A DNA stretch of 64,000 nucleotides from the IMG/VR virus record IMGVR_UViG_3300021431_004525; one strand, written 5' to 3'. This document shows positions 51,918 through 61,755 of this stretch, piece by piece (the first letter of the stretch is position 1; each line of letters starts with the position of its first letter). The position numbers and the translations under genes were made by a program. The DNA comes from a virus. Its lineage: Duplodnaviria; Caudoviricetes. The notes beneath the pieces were generated by a model. That model did not search any database, was not told the origin of the DNA, and was given only the letters and a program-made list of their open reading frames with translations.

Positions 51918-52340
51918 TTAATAAGGACAATTAATACTATCTAAATAGTTTAACATTTTCTCTGATGTATTGCACGCATATTCATTTCGTTCATCAAACC
52001 AACCGGTTTTAGCGTTTTCTGCCAATATCTTGATATAAGCCATACACAATTTGAACATGTTAGACTGCAAAGTCCGGTGGTCACTTGCCATACGTTCTGC
52101 GGCCTTACGCTCATTGTGACTGCAATTATTCACATAGTCCGAAAAGAAACGTGCAAATACATCATCATTGGTTTCACCACTGCGAGGACAAAGTGTAGAC
52201 TTGAAACGCTCATAGACCTTTTTCATAAGGAACTCACGACCCATATCTGTGACATCGTGGTCTCCTTCAAGCAGTTCAACAATCTGGCCGTTGTTCAACT
52301 CATAGTCCTCATACTCTCTACCATTCAATTCAAACTTCAT
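51918..52340 (-). CDS. hypothetical protein
   Basis: HRTLQS...FDERN motif. Confidence 0.7.
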   Translation of the reverse strand: MKFELNGREYEDYELNNGQIVELLEGDHDVTDMGREFLMKKVYERFKSTLCPRSGETNDDVFARFFSDYVNNCSHNERKAAERMASDHRTLQSNMFKLCMAYIKILAENAKTGWFDERNEYACNTSEKMLNYLDSINCPY

Positions 52341-52352
52341 ATTTAATACTTT

Positions 52353-52790
52353 TTAAATTGTTTTATGCCAAACCGGAAGATAACCATTATCCAAGTGTTC
52401 CTCACCGGAAATTAAATTGACAAATTCCTCAAAATCTTTCTTTGATTCAGTTTTCCAAAAATAACCAAGAGGTGCATCATATTCATCAAGCCATAATGAC
52501 CAATGACCAATACAACCATTATCCATTAATTTAATTCTATCCTGACAGATTTCATTACCGTCATCGACCATTTCATGTCCGGAATAGATATAGTCAATCA
52601 TTTCCTTTGCGGAAGAAAAATGGTACTTTTCAAGATGCTCAAGGTGTTCTACCTCTTTTTTAATTTTTTCGGCATACTCCTTAATTTTCTTCTTATAGAG
52701 TGCTTCTTCTGACATTTGAGATTCCACACCCATTTCGTCCATCATGTTCTGCCAATTATTTTTGGACTTTTCTGACATTTTAAACTCCAT
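52353..52790 (-). CDS. hypothetical protein
   Basis: After the promoter at 52815. Confidence 0.65.
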   Translation of the reverse strand: MEFKMSEKSKNNWQNMMDEMGVESQMSEEALYKKKIKEYAEKIKKEVEHLEHLEKYHFSSAKEMIDYIYSGHEMVDDGNEICQDRIKLMDNGCIGHWSLWLDEYDAPLGYFWKTESKKDFEEFVNLISGEEHLDNGYLPVWHKTI

Positions 52791-52879
52791 AGTAGATTTC
52801 CTTTTGAATTATAGTGCAAAGATAATAAAAAAAGTTGAGACTACCAAGGATAATTTCAACTTTAACATTATTTTAACGC

Positions 52880-53188
52880 TTATTCTTTAATAAATCCATT
52901 TTTCACACACCAGTCATATAGACCTTGCAATGCTTCGTTTGGTGTTTTACCATAGGCAAACGCATTATTATATGGCGGTTCTGTTGCATCCGGATTAAGG
53001 CATACAAAATTTCCCTCTGTACCATAGGAGGCTAACCAATCTTTTCCATCATTATGAAGATATAGCCACCCAATATCACCACCTTCCTTATTGTCTGTCT
53101 TATAAGCGACTACATTACCATCTTTATCCAGTACCTTATTACGACCAATATGGGATGGTAACTTTAAAAGTAATTCATCTGTCGACAT
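52880..53188 (-). CDS. hypothetical protein
   Basis: ORF track. Confidence 0.65.
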   Translation of the reverse strand: MSTDELLLKLPSHIGRNKVLDKDGNVVAYKTDNKEGGDIGWLYLHNDGKDWLASYGTEGNFVCLNPDATEPPYNNAFAYGKTPNEALQGLYDWCVKNGFIKE

Positions 53189-53196
53189 GTCAAATA

Positions 53197-53700
53197 TTAT
53201 CTAATTTTTACTATCTTAACTTTTGTTTTCTTGAAATTTTTCTCACCGGCATGTTGCAATATATCTATGTAATGATTAAACCTCTTATTCATGGTGTCTC
53301 GCACTTCATAATACCCATGTCCTTCTATATGTACCACACTCCCTAAAGGAATGTATTTAAGCAAATCCCTGCTCACGGCACAATACTTAATCTCACCCTT
53401 TTTGAGTTTATTCAAATCTATTTTTGTTCCATCGGCAGTTACAAGTGGGTCATTATCACATTGTGATTCCACCGGATTATATGTTGTAAGTGTAACATGT
53501 GTAGTGAAACGTCCGGAATTATTGACTTTTTTCAGACTATCAGTCTTGACTTGAATACTATCTGTTACCGGTTTATCATTGATAGGTTTTCCGGTCTGCT
53601 CTTGCGTCTGATACAGAGAAAGCATAAACATAAACATAAGCATGTAAATGAAAACCACATTTGTGAGAGCGAATAGTATATACACAAAGAAATTCTTCAT
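53197..53700 (-). CDS. membrane-anchored 3D-domain protein (lytic-transglycosylase-like)
   Basis: N-terminal TM; TTYNP..QCD.DP..TADG, AVSRDL, PLGS.V, V.DTM, IDIL. Confidence 0.8.
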   Translation of the reverse strand: MKNFFVYILFALTNVVFIYMLMFMFMLSLYQTQEQTGKPINDKPVTDSIQVKTDSLKKVNNSGRFTTHVTLTTYNPVESQCDNDPLVTADGTKIDLNKLKKGEIKYCAVSRDLLKYIPLGSVVHIEGHGYYEVRDTMNKRFNHYIDILQHAGEKNFKKTKVKIVKIR

Positions 53701-53759
53701 ATTAATTAATTTTTAGTGTAACAAACAATAACGTAACGTATTTCTCTCCTTACCACAAC

Positions 53760-54200
53760 TTACTCACTCCAAGTTTTATTTGAAACAATATCAGCCTTAT
53801 TCTTATAATCCTCAATGGCAACATAATCATTCTTGAAAGTAGTTCCATCATACTCCGGAGAATATGCGAAAACAATCTCCTGATATACTTTCTCTTTATG
53901 CTTGTTTTCCTCATGCCAGAAACGATGTGCCGTAATATCAAACAAGAATGTTGAGATAATTACCGGTTCACACTTGACCACATATTTAGTGTTGATGGTC
54001 TTGTTTCGACCTTTGTAATCTTCAAGAGACACAAGTTGATGGCTTCCTTCCGGTACTGCTTCCGCAAAAAATTCATTCCAATTAGAGCCACCCATGCCAC
54101 CACCACAAGACATCTTGACACGATAGCCGACCTTTTCAGAACTATTGACGAACTTTGAAGGTGCGCAAGGCAAACCAATCTCAATCAAATTCCTTTTCAT
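53760..54200 (-). CDS. hypothetical protein
   Basis: After the promoter at 54245. Confidence 0.65.
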   Translation of the reverse strand: MKRNLIEIGLPCAPSKFVNSSEKVGYRVKMSCGGGMGGSNWNEFFAEAVPEGSHQLVSLEDYKGRNKTINTKYVVKCEPVIISTFLFDITAHRFWHEENKHKEKVYQEIVFAYSPEYDGTTFKNDYVAIEDYKNKADIVSNKTWSE

Positions 54201-54349
54201 ATTAATTGATTTTTTAAGTGTTTATATTTTATTTATTTTGATGGTACAAAGGTACAAATAATTTCTAAATTACCCAAATATTTTCACCACTTTAACACAA
54301 ATTTAACACTACGCGGCAGAATGATTGATACCAAGTGTCTGTAATTCAT

Positions 54350-55772
54350 ATAATTCTTTCAAGGAAACTCCATCCTTTAGGGTGGAGAGGAATTGAAAGT
54401 GGTCTTTTATTATTAAACTTATTTATTTTTTCATTTGCAAATTTACAATGTTTTCGGCAGAAAACAAAATATTTTTTGCAAAAAATATTTAATTATTGAT
54501 ATTTTTTATATTTATTAACATATTTATATATAAATTACGTTCACGACGTGAACAATACATAAATAAAATGATACTGACGTATAACATACAACTGCAACCG
54601 GATAAAACCACATATGACTACTGGGTTTCACTCCTTACAGATACTGCAAAAGCATACGACCTTTGCAGCGGCCTGCTTGCAGATAACAATACACCACTTA
54701 CCATCAAGTCAGTACATAATACATGCTATAACGTGGTACGTGAACAATTCCCCAACCTACCGGCACAATCCGTAATACGTGTACAAAAAGAAGCAATGTC
54801 CGCACTAAGAAGCAGAAAAGGCAACAAGCATAACGGAGATAAGCCAACAAAACATAACTTATCTCTCACACTCGATAAACGCATGTATTCAAGGCTTACA
54901 CCGGAAAACATTGCAATATGCGGAGGCATAAAGGGAAAACGCACCACCGTACCATTCGTCACCTACGACAAGGAAAAACAGATGTTTTCCATGTATAAGC
55001 CGTGTGACCCATTATTATTCCTACGTAGCAATACCCTATGGCTTTCTGTACCATTTAATGTACCGGATACCGTAGTATGCAATGACAACTCCATCGGTGT
55101 GGACTTGGGTATGAAACGTCTATTCGTCACATCTGAAGGTAATGCCTTCGTGGATAAGGAATACCTTCGTAATCGTAGAAAACTGCGTTACCTTAAACGC
55201 TGTTTGCAGAGTAAAGGTACTAAATCCGCAAAGAGACATTTGAAAAAAGTATCACGTAGGGAACGTAATATGTCAAGAGATATGCAGAACCGTGCGGTTC
55301 TTGCATTGATTGAATCCACCGATGCCGGTGTGATTGTAATGGAGGATTTAAGCAAGATTAAGAAAAACACGTCAAAGAGCAATGACGGATTTAAACGTAA
55401 GCGTCACAACAACGCAATTGCGCAAGTGCCGTTTGCGGAGTTCAAGACACGACTGACCAACAAGGCACACCTTTTCGGCAAGGAGGTGAAAACAGTTTCT
55501 CCGGTTTACACCAGTCAAACAGATTGCAGGAATGACAAGCGTAATGGCAAGCGTAATGGTTGCCGTTACTACTGCAAGGATGGTTTGGTATTGGATGCAG
55601 ACTGGAACGCAGCAGTCAACATAGCCAAGAAAGGCAAACACCCGTTTTCGAATATTCTTCCAGTCGACGGAAGGCTTAGGTTCTTAAACGGCAGGGTTTC
55701 GTCAATAACCCAATTGTCTGCATCCCTTAATGGGAACGGACAAGCCCCTCACTTTAGGGAGGGGTAATTGAC
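54350..55772 (+). mobile_element. IS200/IS605-family element lacking tnpA (IS1341-like)
   Basis: Left-end hairpin CTCCATCC-TTTA-GGGTGGAG from 54367; right-end hairpin CCCCTCACTTTAGGGAGGGG + TAATTGAC; left boundary inferred. Confidence 0.82.
54568..55767 (+). CDS. tnpB: RNA-guided endonuclease TnpB
   Basis: RuvC I IGVDLG, RuvC II VMEDL, YTSQ, RuvC III LDADWNAAVNI; all three acidic residues present. Confidence 0.93.
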   Translation: MILTYNIQLQPDKTTYDYWVSLLTDTAKAYDLCSGLLADNNTPLTIKSVHNTCYNVVREQFPNLPAQSVIRVQKEAMSALRSRKGNKHNGDKPTKHNLSLTLDKRMYSRLTPENIAICGGIKGKRTTVPFVTYDKEKQMFSMYKPCDPLLFLRSNTLWLSVPFNVPDTVVCNDNSIGVDLGMKRLFVTSEGNAFVDKEYLRNRRKLRYLKRCLQSKGTKSAKRHLKKVSRRERNMSRDMQNRAVLALIESTDAGVIVMEDLSKIKKNTSKSNDGFKRKRHNNAIAQVPFAEFKTRLTNKAHLFGKEVKTVSPVYTSQTDCRNDKRNGKRNGCRYYCKDGLVLDADWNAAVNIAKKGKHPFSNILPVDGRLRFLNGRVSSITQLSASLNGNGQAPHFREG

Positions 55773-55792
55773 ATATTAAACATTGAATAATA
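55615..55792 (+). ncRNA. TnpB omegaRNA overlapping the tnpB 3' end + guide (ATATTAAACATTGAAT...)
   Basis: Hairpins such as CCGTTT/AAACGG and TCCC-TTAAT-GGGA; conserved in the orphan copy. Confidence 0.7.
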
Positions 55793-55865
55793 AAAAAGTA
55801 TGCTATATCATACATAATTTCAAACAACTGGGAAATTACATATAACATAGCATAGGCCTATATAC

Positions 55866-55881
55866 GTACTCATTCGAGTAC
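55866..55881. repeat. 16-bp palindromic motif, copy 4 (intergenic)
   Basis: GTACTCATTCGAGTAC. Confidence 0.9.
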
Positions 55882-55882
55882 A

Positions 55883-56125
55883 TTAGTAATCATCGACATC
55901 TAATTCTTCCATGCCATGTAACCAGTCATTATATCTTTCCGCTATCGGCATAGTGACATATAATTCATCGGTTGTACCGCCATATTGTTGCCAACTCTCA
56001 TAACAACGTTCAATGTAGATAACAGAACCGGTATTTAACTTTACCTTAATTTTTCTCCGTTTAGGCTGATTCACATACAGAAACTCAACCTTAGTTACTT
56101 TAATTTCATCATCTTTTCTTGCCAT
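55883..56125 (-). CDS. hypothetical protein
   Basis: CYESWQQYGG motif. Confidence 0.65.
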   Translation of the reverse strand: MARKDDEIKVTKVEFLYVNQPKRRKIKVKLNTGSVIYIERCYESWQQYGGTTDELYVTMPIAERYNDWLHGMEELDVDDY

Positions 56126-56411
56126 ACTACGCTACTTCTTTAAGTTCATATCCATAGCCACGGAGCAGAATTTCCGGATTATCCTCACCTGAAATCCATT
56201 GACCGCAAAAATCAAGGCAGGCTTCATCCTTGGCTTCCAAATCTGTCCAGACTATTCCCTTGTCCTCGCACTGCTTATCAAACATGTCTGAAAGCATTGC
56301 CAACTCTCCGTATGATGGTTGTCTTTCCATGATTTATGTTTTTAAATAAATTAATCTTCAATCTACTTGTTTACCGGTTCCTTATTATTCATTTTTTGTC
56401 AGTCCAATTTA

Positions 56412-56807
56412 TTAAATCATATCACAGATGGCAACACGCTTTCCGGCACGTATTAACTTAGGGAGATAAGTATCAAGGGCATGGTATGGAAAACCGGTCA
56501 AATTATGCCATATACCCTTATAGTTACAAAGACTAATCCCCAGAATATTAGCAATATCTACTGCATCATTTTCGTAACTCTCATAGAAATCACCACAACG
56601 GAACAGAAGAATAGCATCCGGATACTTTGCCTTCAGTTCATGGTAAGTTACCACTTTCTCTTGAGCCTTGATACTCTCTATTTTCTTTTCGATAGACTGC
56701 TGACGTTGAAAAAGTGCTTCAGAAACAGCCTTTGCGTTCTGATAGGTCTTGTTCACGAAAGAAAGTTCATTCTCTAACTGCTTGATAAGTTCCTTATTAC
56801 TTTCCAT
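56412..56807 (-). CDS. stand-alone MutS domain I (mismatch-recognition) protein with N-terminal coiled coil
   Basis: [22 protein letters not shown]...[25 protein letters not shown]. Confidence 0.88.
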   Translation of the reverse strand: MESNKELIKQLENELSFVNKTYQNAKAVSEALFQRQQSIEKKIESIKAQEKVVTYHELKAKYPDAILLFRCGDFYESYENDAVDIANILGISLCNYKGIWHNLTGFPYHALDTYLPKLIRAGKRVAICDMI

Positions 56808-56955
56808 AACTTTTGATTTTATTTGTTGTTCTGTTTTAATTACGATGCAAAGGTAATACATTTTTTCCAAATAACCAAGGAAATTACGCTAAATTATGTT
56901 AACAATATGTTAAAAAATATAAGGTGGTTTCAAAAGTCTGCAAAACAGACCGACC

Positions 56956-57072
56956 CTACACACGAAGGAATGCCCGGACATAGTGGAGGCTGCTCTTATT
57001 GTTGATACCCATGTAACTGCCGTACATATCCACGAGGTATGCGTCGACACAATCATACTCAGAACTCGACCA
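56956..57072 (-). repeat. putative DGR variable region VR2
   Basis: NNC/NNT codon variation relative to VR1. Confidence 0.8.
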
Positions 57073-57969
57073 ATATAATGAATCAAGCAACGTAGCACCA
57101 TTCAATAAAAACAATGAAAAATTAATAAGAATAGCGTTCTTTGACATTTTTTCCAACTCGCCAGCAGCACCTATATACCAATCTCCGGACTTCGTACCTT
57201 TGGTCTTATATTCACTAATACATTTGAATATAGGATATTTCTCTGGTTTGTAAACCTTTGATTTAAGGGCATTTTCAGTTAATTCCTTGCCATTTAAAGA
57301 TTTTTCATAAGTTTCATAAGAAACTGCATTGTTAATAATAGGACATTTGGACAATCCAAGAGTACACCAACGCTGCATACTACTTTCACGGGAAATAACT
57401 ACCGGATTACTATTCTCGTCATAGAAGCCAACTACACCAATAATATCCTTATCTATCTCTGCGGTATATTCATCACGATGAATATATTTCTTACTGCCAT
57501 CTGGCTGAACGACGCAAAAATCGCCAATAGATACTTTACCCTCCTCTATCGTCTGCCTATAATCATCCTGTAACATATCTATAATACAACCGATACTTTC
57601 ACGTCCATACGCTTTATCCACTACCCTGTCAGTAATGAAAATTTTACGGGCACAGATTTCAGAAAAATCATCAGATACATAAAACTCAGTACCAGCCGGA
57701 ATAGTTGATGTGAAAACCCTACAGCCTTCGCTAAAACCGCCAGTCGCATTTTTTACTATTAAGAGTGCATGAATAAATCCATCACCTATGTAGTTACGTC
57801 CATCCTTACAATATGTACGTTTATCTTTGGCCTTAAGAGTTTTATTCAGTTTAACAGATGTGCCTTGATATGGAGTTACATAACCACAATTATCACAAGA
57901 CCGAAGCACTTTGTAACAAGTGATGTCGTTTTTAGCGACCATCAATTTAATGTTTGTTGTTAGACACAT
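56956..57969 (-). CDS. putative DGR target protein 2 (C-terminal lectin-like fold)
   Basis: YWSSSEY....AY.V....G.........VRAFLRV; paralog of 32756..33772. Confidence 0.8.
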   Translation of the reverse strand: MCLTTNIKLMVAKNDITCYKVLRSCDNCGYVTPYQGTSVKLNKTLKAKDKRTYCKDGRNYIGDGFIHALLIVKNATGGFSEGCRVFTSTIPAGTEFYVSDDFSEICARKIFITDRVVDKAYGRESIGCIIDMLQDDYRQTIEEGKVSIGDFCVVQPDGSKKYIHRDEYTAEIDKDIIGVVGFYDENSNPVVISRESSMQRWCTLGLSKCPIINNAVSYETYEKSLNGKELTENALKSKVYKPEKYPIFKCISEYKTKGTKSGDWYIGAAGELEKMSKNAILINFSLFLLNGATLLDSLYWSSSEYDCVDAYLVDMYGSYMGINNKSSLHYVRAFLRV

Positions 57970-58002
57970 AATTCTTATTTTTAAATCGTTTTCTTAATGT
58001 TT

Positions 58003-58036
58003 TGCAAAGGTAGTGAAAATATTTCAAGCCACCAAA
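58003..58036 (-). promoter_or_regulatory. promoter of DGR target 2
   Basis: TTTGG...TACCTTTGCA. Confidence 0.7.
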
Positions 58037-58069
58037 GAAATTTATGACTTTAACACTATTTTACATTTC

Positions 58070-58471
58070 TTATACGGCCATGTGAATAGCGTTAAGCAAC
58101 CGGTTAAAAGTTTCCTCCGCATCTGTAAAAGGAATAAAATTGTTGTAGCCTCCACGATAATCTTTTTCATGCGCTGCTGTCCGGCAGAAAAACGGGCCCC
58201 TACAGCGTAAATTCGCATAGGCACGACCACCGGCATTACACGAATTGTCATAAGAAAAGTAGACATAGTGTCCGTCTCTCTCAATGAAACCTGACATATC
58301 ATAATGCCCTTTGGAGTAACTTACAAGACTTGCTCCTATATTCTTACAGATACGACTTATTTCACGTTTAAAAGCGTTCTGAAACGTGTTAAACTGCTTG
58401 GAAACGTATACACCATCGTCCTGCATATCTACCCCGCTCCACTTCTTTACAAATGCTGTTATCTTCTCCAT
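58070..58471 (-). CDS. hypothetical protein
   Basis: GHY..SGF....YVY...RTA....DY.GG.N motif. Confidence 0.7.
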   Translation of the reverse strand: MEKITAFVKKWSGVDMQDDGVYVSKQFNTFQNAFKREISRICKNIGASLVSYSKGHYDMSGFIERDGHYVYFSYDNSCNAGGRAYANLRCRGPFFCRTAAHEKDYRGGYNNFIPFTDAEETFNRLLNAIHMAV

Positions 58472-58491
58472 AACTTACTTTTAATTAATAT

Positions 58492-58797
58492 TTAAACACA
58501 TTCCTCAACGTCCACTTCATCAATCTGTTCCAATTGCGTTCCCTCACCATCCTCAACATCAATCTCGTAGACATTTACGGCAAAGGGAATACATTGATTG
58601 GCATCACCACTACCAGTAGCAGGCTCTCCATCTTCATCAAGACCTCCCCAAACCTCAAAACTTAAACCATCCTCCTCAAAGTAATATACCCATGTATCTT
58701 CATAGGTCTCCTTATCAATTTCAGACTTCTCGACCTTATGGTTATAACGCTTTCCGTTATAGTTAAAACCAATTACAATATACTTCTCAAACTCCAT
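58492..58797 (-). CDS. very acidic small protein
   Basis: D/E-rich. Confidence 0.65.
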   Translation of the reverse strand: MEFEKYIVIGFNYNGKRYNHKVEKSEIDKETYEDTWVYYFEEDGLSFEVWGGLDEDGEPATGSGDANQCIPFAVNVYEIDVEDGEGTQLEQIDEVDVEECV

Positions 58798-58809
58798 ATT
58801 AATTGATAT

Positions 58810-59118
58810 TTAATCGTTACACAATTCCACATCAGCATTACAACGCACAAACACACTGGCCGTAGGATGGGCAGTACCATCTTTCTTAATCTTAGCCAAA
58901 ATAGGACGTACTTCATCCGTACCATTGTTAATCTCATAACCCTTGACGATACCATATTCATCATATCCGGTTGGAAAGTTACCACCATATTGTCTGTGAT
59001 GTACCACAACCTTAGTACCTACCGGCCACGGGCTATTACTCTCAACGTATGACTTTCTAAGGTCAGCCATTTGTTGCTCTAATGCCATGTACTTCTCAAT
59101 ATACTCCTTCTGTTCCAT
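58810..59118 (-). CDS. hypothetical protein
   Basis: VGTKV...KIKKDGT. Confidence 0.65.
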   Translation of the reverse strand: MEQKEYIEKYMALEQQMADLRKSYVESNSPWPVGTKVVVHHRQYGGNFPTGYDEYGIVKGYEINNGTDEVRPILAKIKKDGTAHPTASVFVRCNADVELCND

Positions 59119-59129
59119 AATTTTACTAA

Positions 59130-59423
59130 TTAATATACAAATGTATAAGTTGCTACCTCAACATCAATTCCATTCTCCTTGATATAATCATCCTCGATGT
59201 TCATATCAATATCATAGTCCTCACCTTTAAAGTTCTTCTCAAACTTGTTGAATATCCAACGTCTTACATCATAGATGTCATTACGAACAATTCCACACTC
59301 ATGGTTGCCCTTTACACACAGAACCATTTTGTTTTTCTTCTCTCCAAATTCATTAGTGAAGGTTGTCTTAGACACCTTTTTCACTTCTACTGAACCATAA
59401 CCTGCAAAATGCTTAACTTTCAT
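59130..59423 (-). CDS. hypothetical protein
   Basis: After the promoter at 59450. Confidence 0.7.
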   Translation of the reverse strand: MKVKHFAGYGSVEVKKVSKTTFTNEFGEKKNKMVLCVKGNHECGIVRNDIYDVRRWIFNKFEKNFKGEDYDIDMNIEDDYIKENGIDVEVATYTFVY

Positions 59424-60417
59424 AATCTATAAATGTTTTAATTTGATAGCGCAAAGATACAACAAATTTATGAATTATCCAAATATTTTCGTCACTTTAA
59501 CACAATTTTAACACTTATTCTTTAATAAAGACACCAAGAAATCCCATTAATCTTTAGTTTGTGGGTAGTTCACTTACATATTATATTAGCAATCCGGTCA
59601 ATCCTTAACGCATCATCAAAAATTTCCTCAATGGTATTGCCACGACCAATCATATTAAATTTAGATTTATATTTCTTGTCAAGTTCAATGGCTTGTTCTT
59701 TTGTGACAAGAACTTCTACATAGCCATCATAATCATCATTAAAACCGGTACCTTGTACGTCAATACCCATCCTTCTTAATTCATCGGCAAGATAATTCAG
59801 ACGATACTGGCGACCTTTGCAGTCATAGTAATGTACTTCTGCGTATACCTTTTCCATATTTTTATTGTTTATGCCCAACGTTTCCAATATGCTATTGAAT
59901 TTGATGTACTGAAGCCGAAATACTCTTTTACCCTATATTCTGTCGCATCACCCTCGTTAGCGTTGAATGTGGCTCTCATATCCCACTTTCCACGTTTCTC
60001 AACTCCATTGTTAAATACCTCACCAATAAGGTTTTCCTTTGGAGTTTTCCAAATGACAAGCAATGCCCCATTATCGTGCTTGTATATTGCAATTTTTACC
60101 ATATCTTTTATTTATTACTATACGTTTTCAAATTCGTTTGGTGTAAACTCGTCATCATCTGTATCTCGCTCACTTAAGTGTATTGCCACACAGCCAGCGA
60201 TAAAGTCTTTGAGAGAAATCGTATCATCACCCAATGCCCTCTGAATCATGTCGGCATGGAATAAATTGTAGTGGCTTTCGAGCAGCCATGAAAGTTTTTC
60301 GTCCATAATATTTATCTCCTTTTAATTTTTATTTCTTTTGTGATGCAAAGGTACAAAAAAATGCGCAGACCACAAAATAATCTGCGCTAATAAATGTTAA
60401 TTAATTGTTAAAATTTA

Positions 60418-60780
60418 CTAATCCCATTCCATCTTACGTTTCAATTCCTCCAGTGCTTCCAAAGCACCAAGGACATTACAATCACGTTTGGTACTTCCAA
60501 GTCCATCAATAAAATCCAGAATGGTTTTCAGACACTTAATCGGCAACTCATGCAGATAGACAAACTCACCCCAATTATCCACTTCATCATCCGGATAATG
60601 CAGAATATATACCATCACTTCATTGGTGTCCTTAAATGCACAAATTTGAGCACAGACACAATCCTCCTCATTTGGAACTCTGATACCATCGGGTAAATCC
60701 AGATACTTCTCACGGGCAGTACAACCACGTTTGCCAAACTTCCATATCTTGCCGAAAACAGATGTATTATCCCTTCTCAT
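60418..60780 (-). CDS. hypothetical protein
   Basis: ORF track. Confidence 0.6.
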   Translation of the reverse strand: MRRDNTSVFGKIWKFGKRGCTAREKYLDLPDGIRVPNEEDCVCAQICAFKDTNEVMVYILHYPDDEVDNWGEFVYLHELPIKCLKTILDFIDGLGSTKRDCNVLGALEALEELKRKMEWD

Positions 60781-61238
60781 ATAATTTATATTAGTTAATT
60801 TTTATTATTATTTCTATATTCCGCTAACTTGCTTTGAGCATATTCTTCCACACTGGCATATTTCTCGCGTTCTTCTGCTCTTTTACGGCTTTCTTCCAAT
60901 TCTTCAAATGAAGGTTGGACCGCTATCTCTCTTAGTCTTTCCGGATAAAACATGATATAAATCGGTTAATCTTTATCGTCAATTACTATCAGCCATGTGA
61001 ACCAGTCACAATCACGCATCCATGTATTACGTCTGCCATCAAACCTACCTACCAGTTCAATCTGTGGCCATTTGTCAGTACAAAGCCTTGAAGAACGACT
61101 TTCTTCTTCTGTTAATGCACCGGACTTAACAAATGGTAAACTATGTAAGTGACATAACTTATCATTGTCAATAGGATATTTTGTCTTGTAATACTTTCCG
61201 GTCTTATGATTCTTGATTAACCACATATTATCTGATTT

Positions 61239-61652
61239 TTAATCCCATTCAGCAATATACTTATCTGTCTCGTTGTCGTAGATGTTCACTTGCGGACACT
61301 TTGCACTCCTATAGAACTCTGCTGCCTTTTTAAGAGCCAAAACTTCATTGTCTGTATCAATATGCTTGCCGGTTTCCTCAATCACATCACCATTCTCATT
61401 CAACTCATAGCAATGCACGGAATAACGTGCTTCAAGCGATTTGATATACTTCTCTACGTGTTTATTAACGTCATGGATAACACCATCGCCCATTGTGGCA
61501 CAATAACGCTCTATATGGTTGTTTACTTCGTCCTCATGAACACCATTATCAATGTCCATTGACTCCCATACAAGGGCATGAATGAAATCCTTGAAAGCCT
61601 TTTTAACTTTCTCGTAGTTTTCGTAATTCTCTTTAATTCTAATCTTATCCAT
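61239..61652 (-). CDS. hypothetical protein
   Basis: After the promoter at 61681. Confidence 0.7.
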   Translation of the reverse strand: MDKIRIKENYENYEKVKKAFKDFIHALVWESMDIDNGVHEDEVNNHIERYCATMGDGVIHDVNKHVEKYIKSLEARYSVHCYELNENGDVIEETGKHIDTDNEVLALKKAAEFYRSAKCPQVNIYDNETDKYIAEWD

Positions 61653-61755
61653 ATCTACTTATATTATTTAATTTTGATGGTGCAAAGTTACAAAGAAAAT
61701 TTAAAATAAACGAAAGAATTACATTATTTAACCTGAAATTAACGCTTTTTTACAT

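Noticed and set aside
54496-54567. Longer N-terminus of TnpB and similar extensions of several ORFs (e.g. 35383, 50234, 56870, 62705)
   Set aside because: The extensions run through promoter or AT-rich upstream motifs; downstream ATGs are more plausible.
56412-56870. Full mutS gene or mutS pseudogene
   Set aside because: Clean small ORF with its own promoter and stop, and no remnants of other MutS domains nearby.
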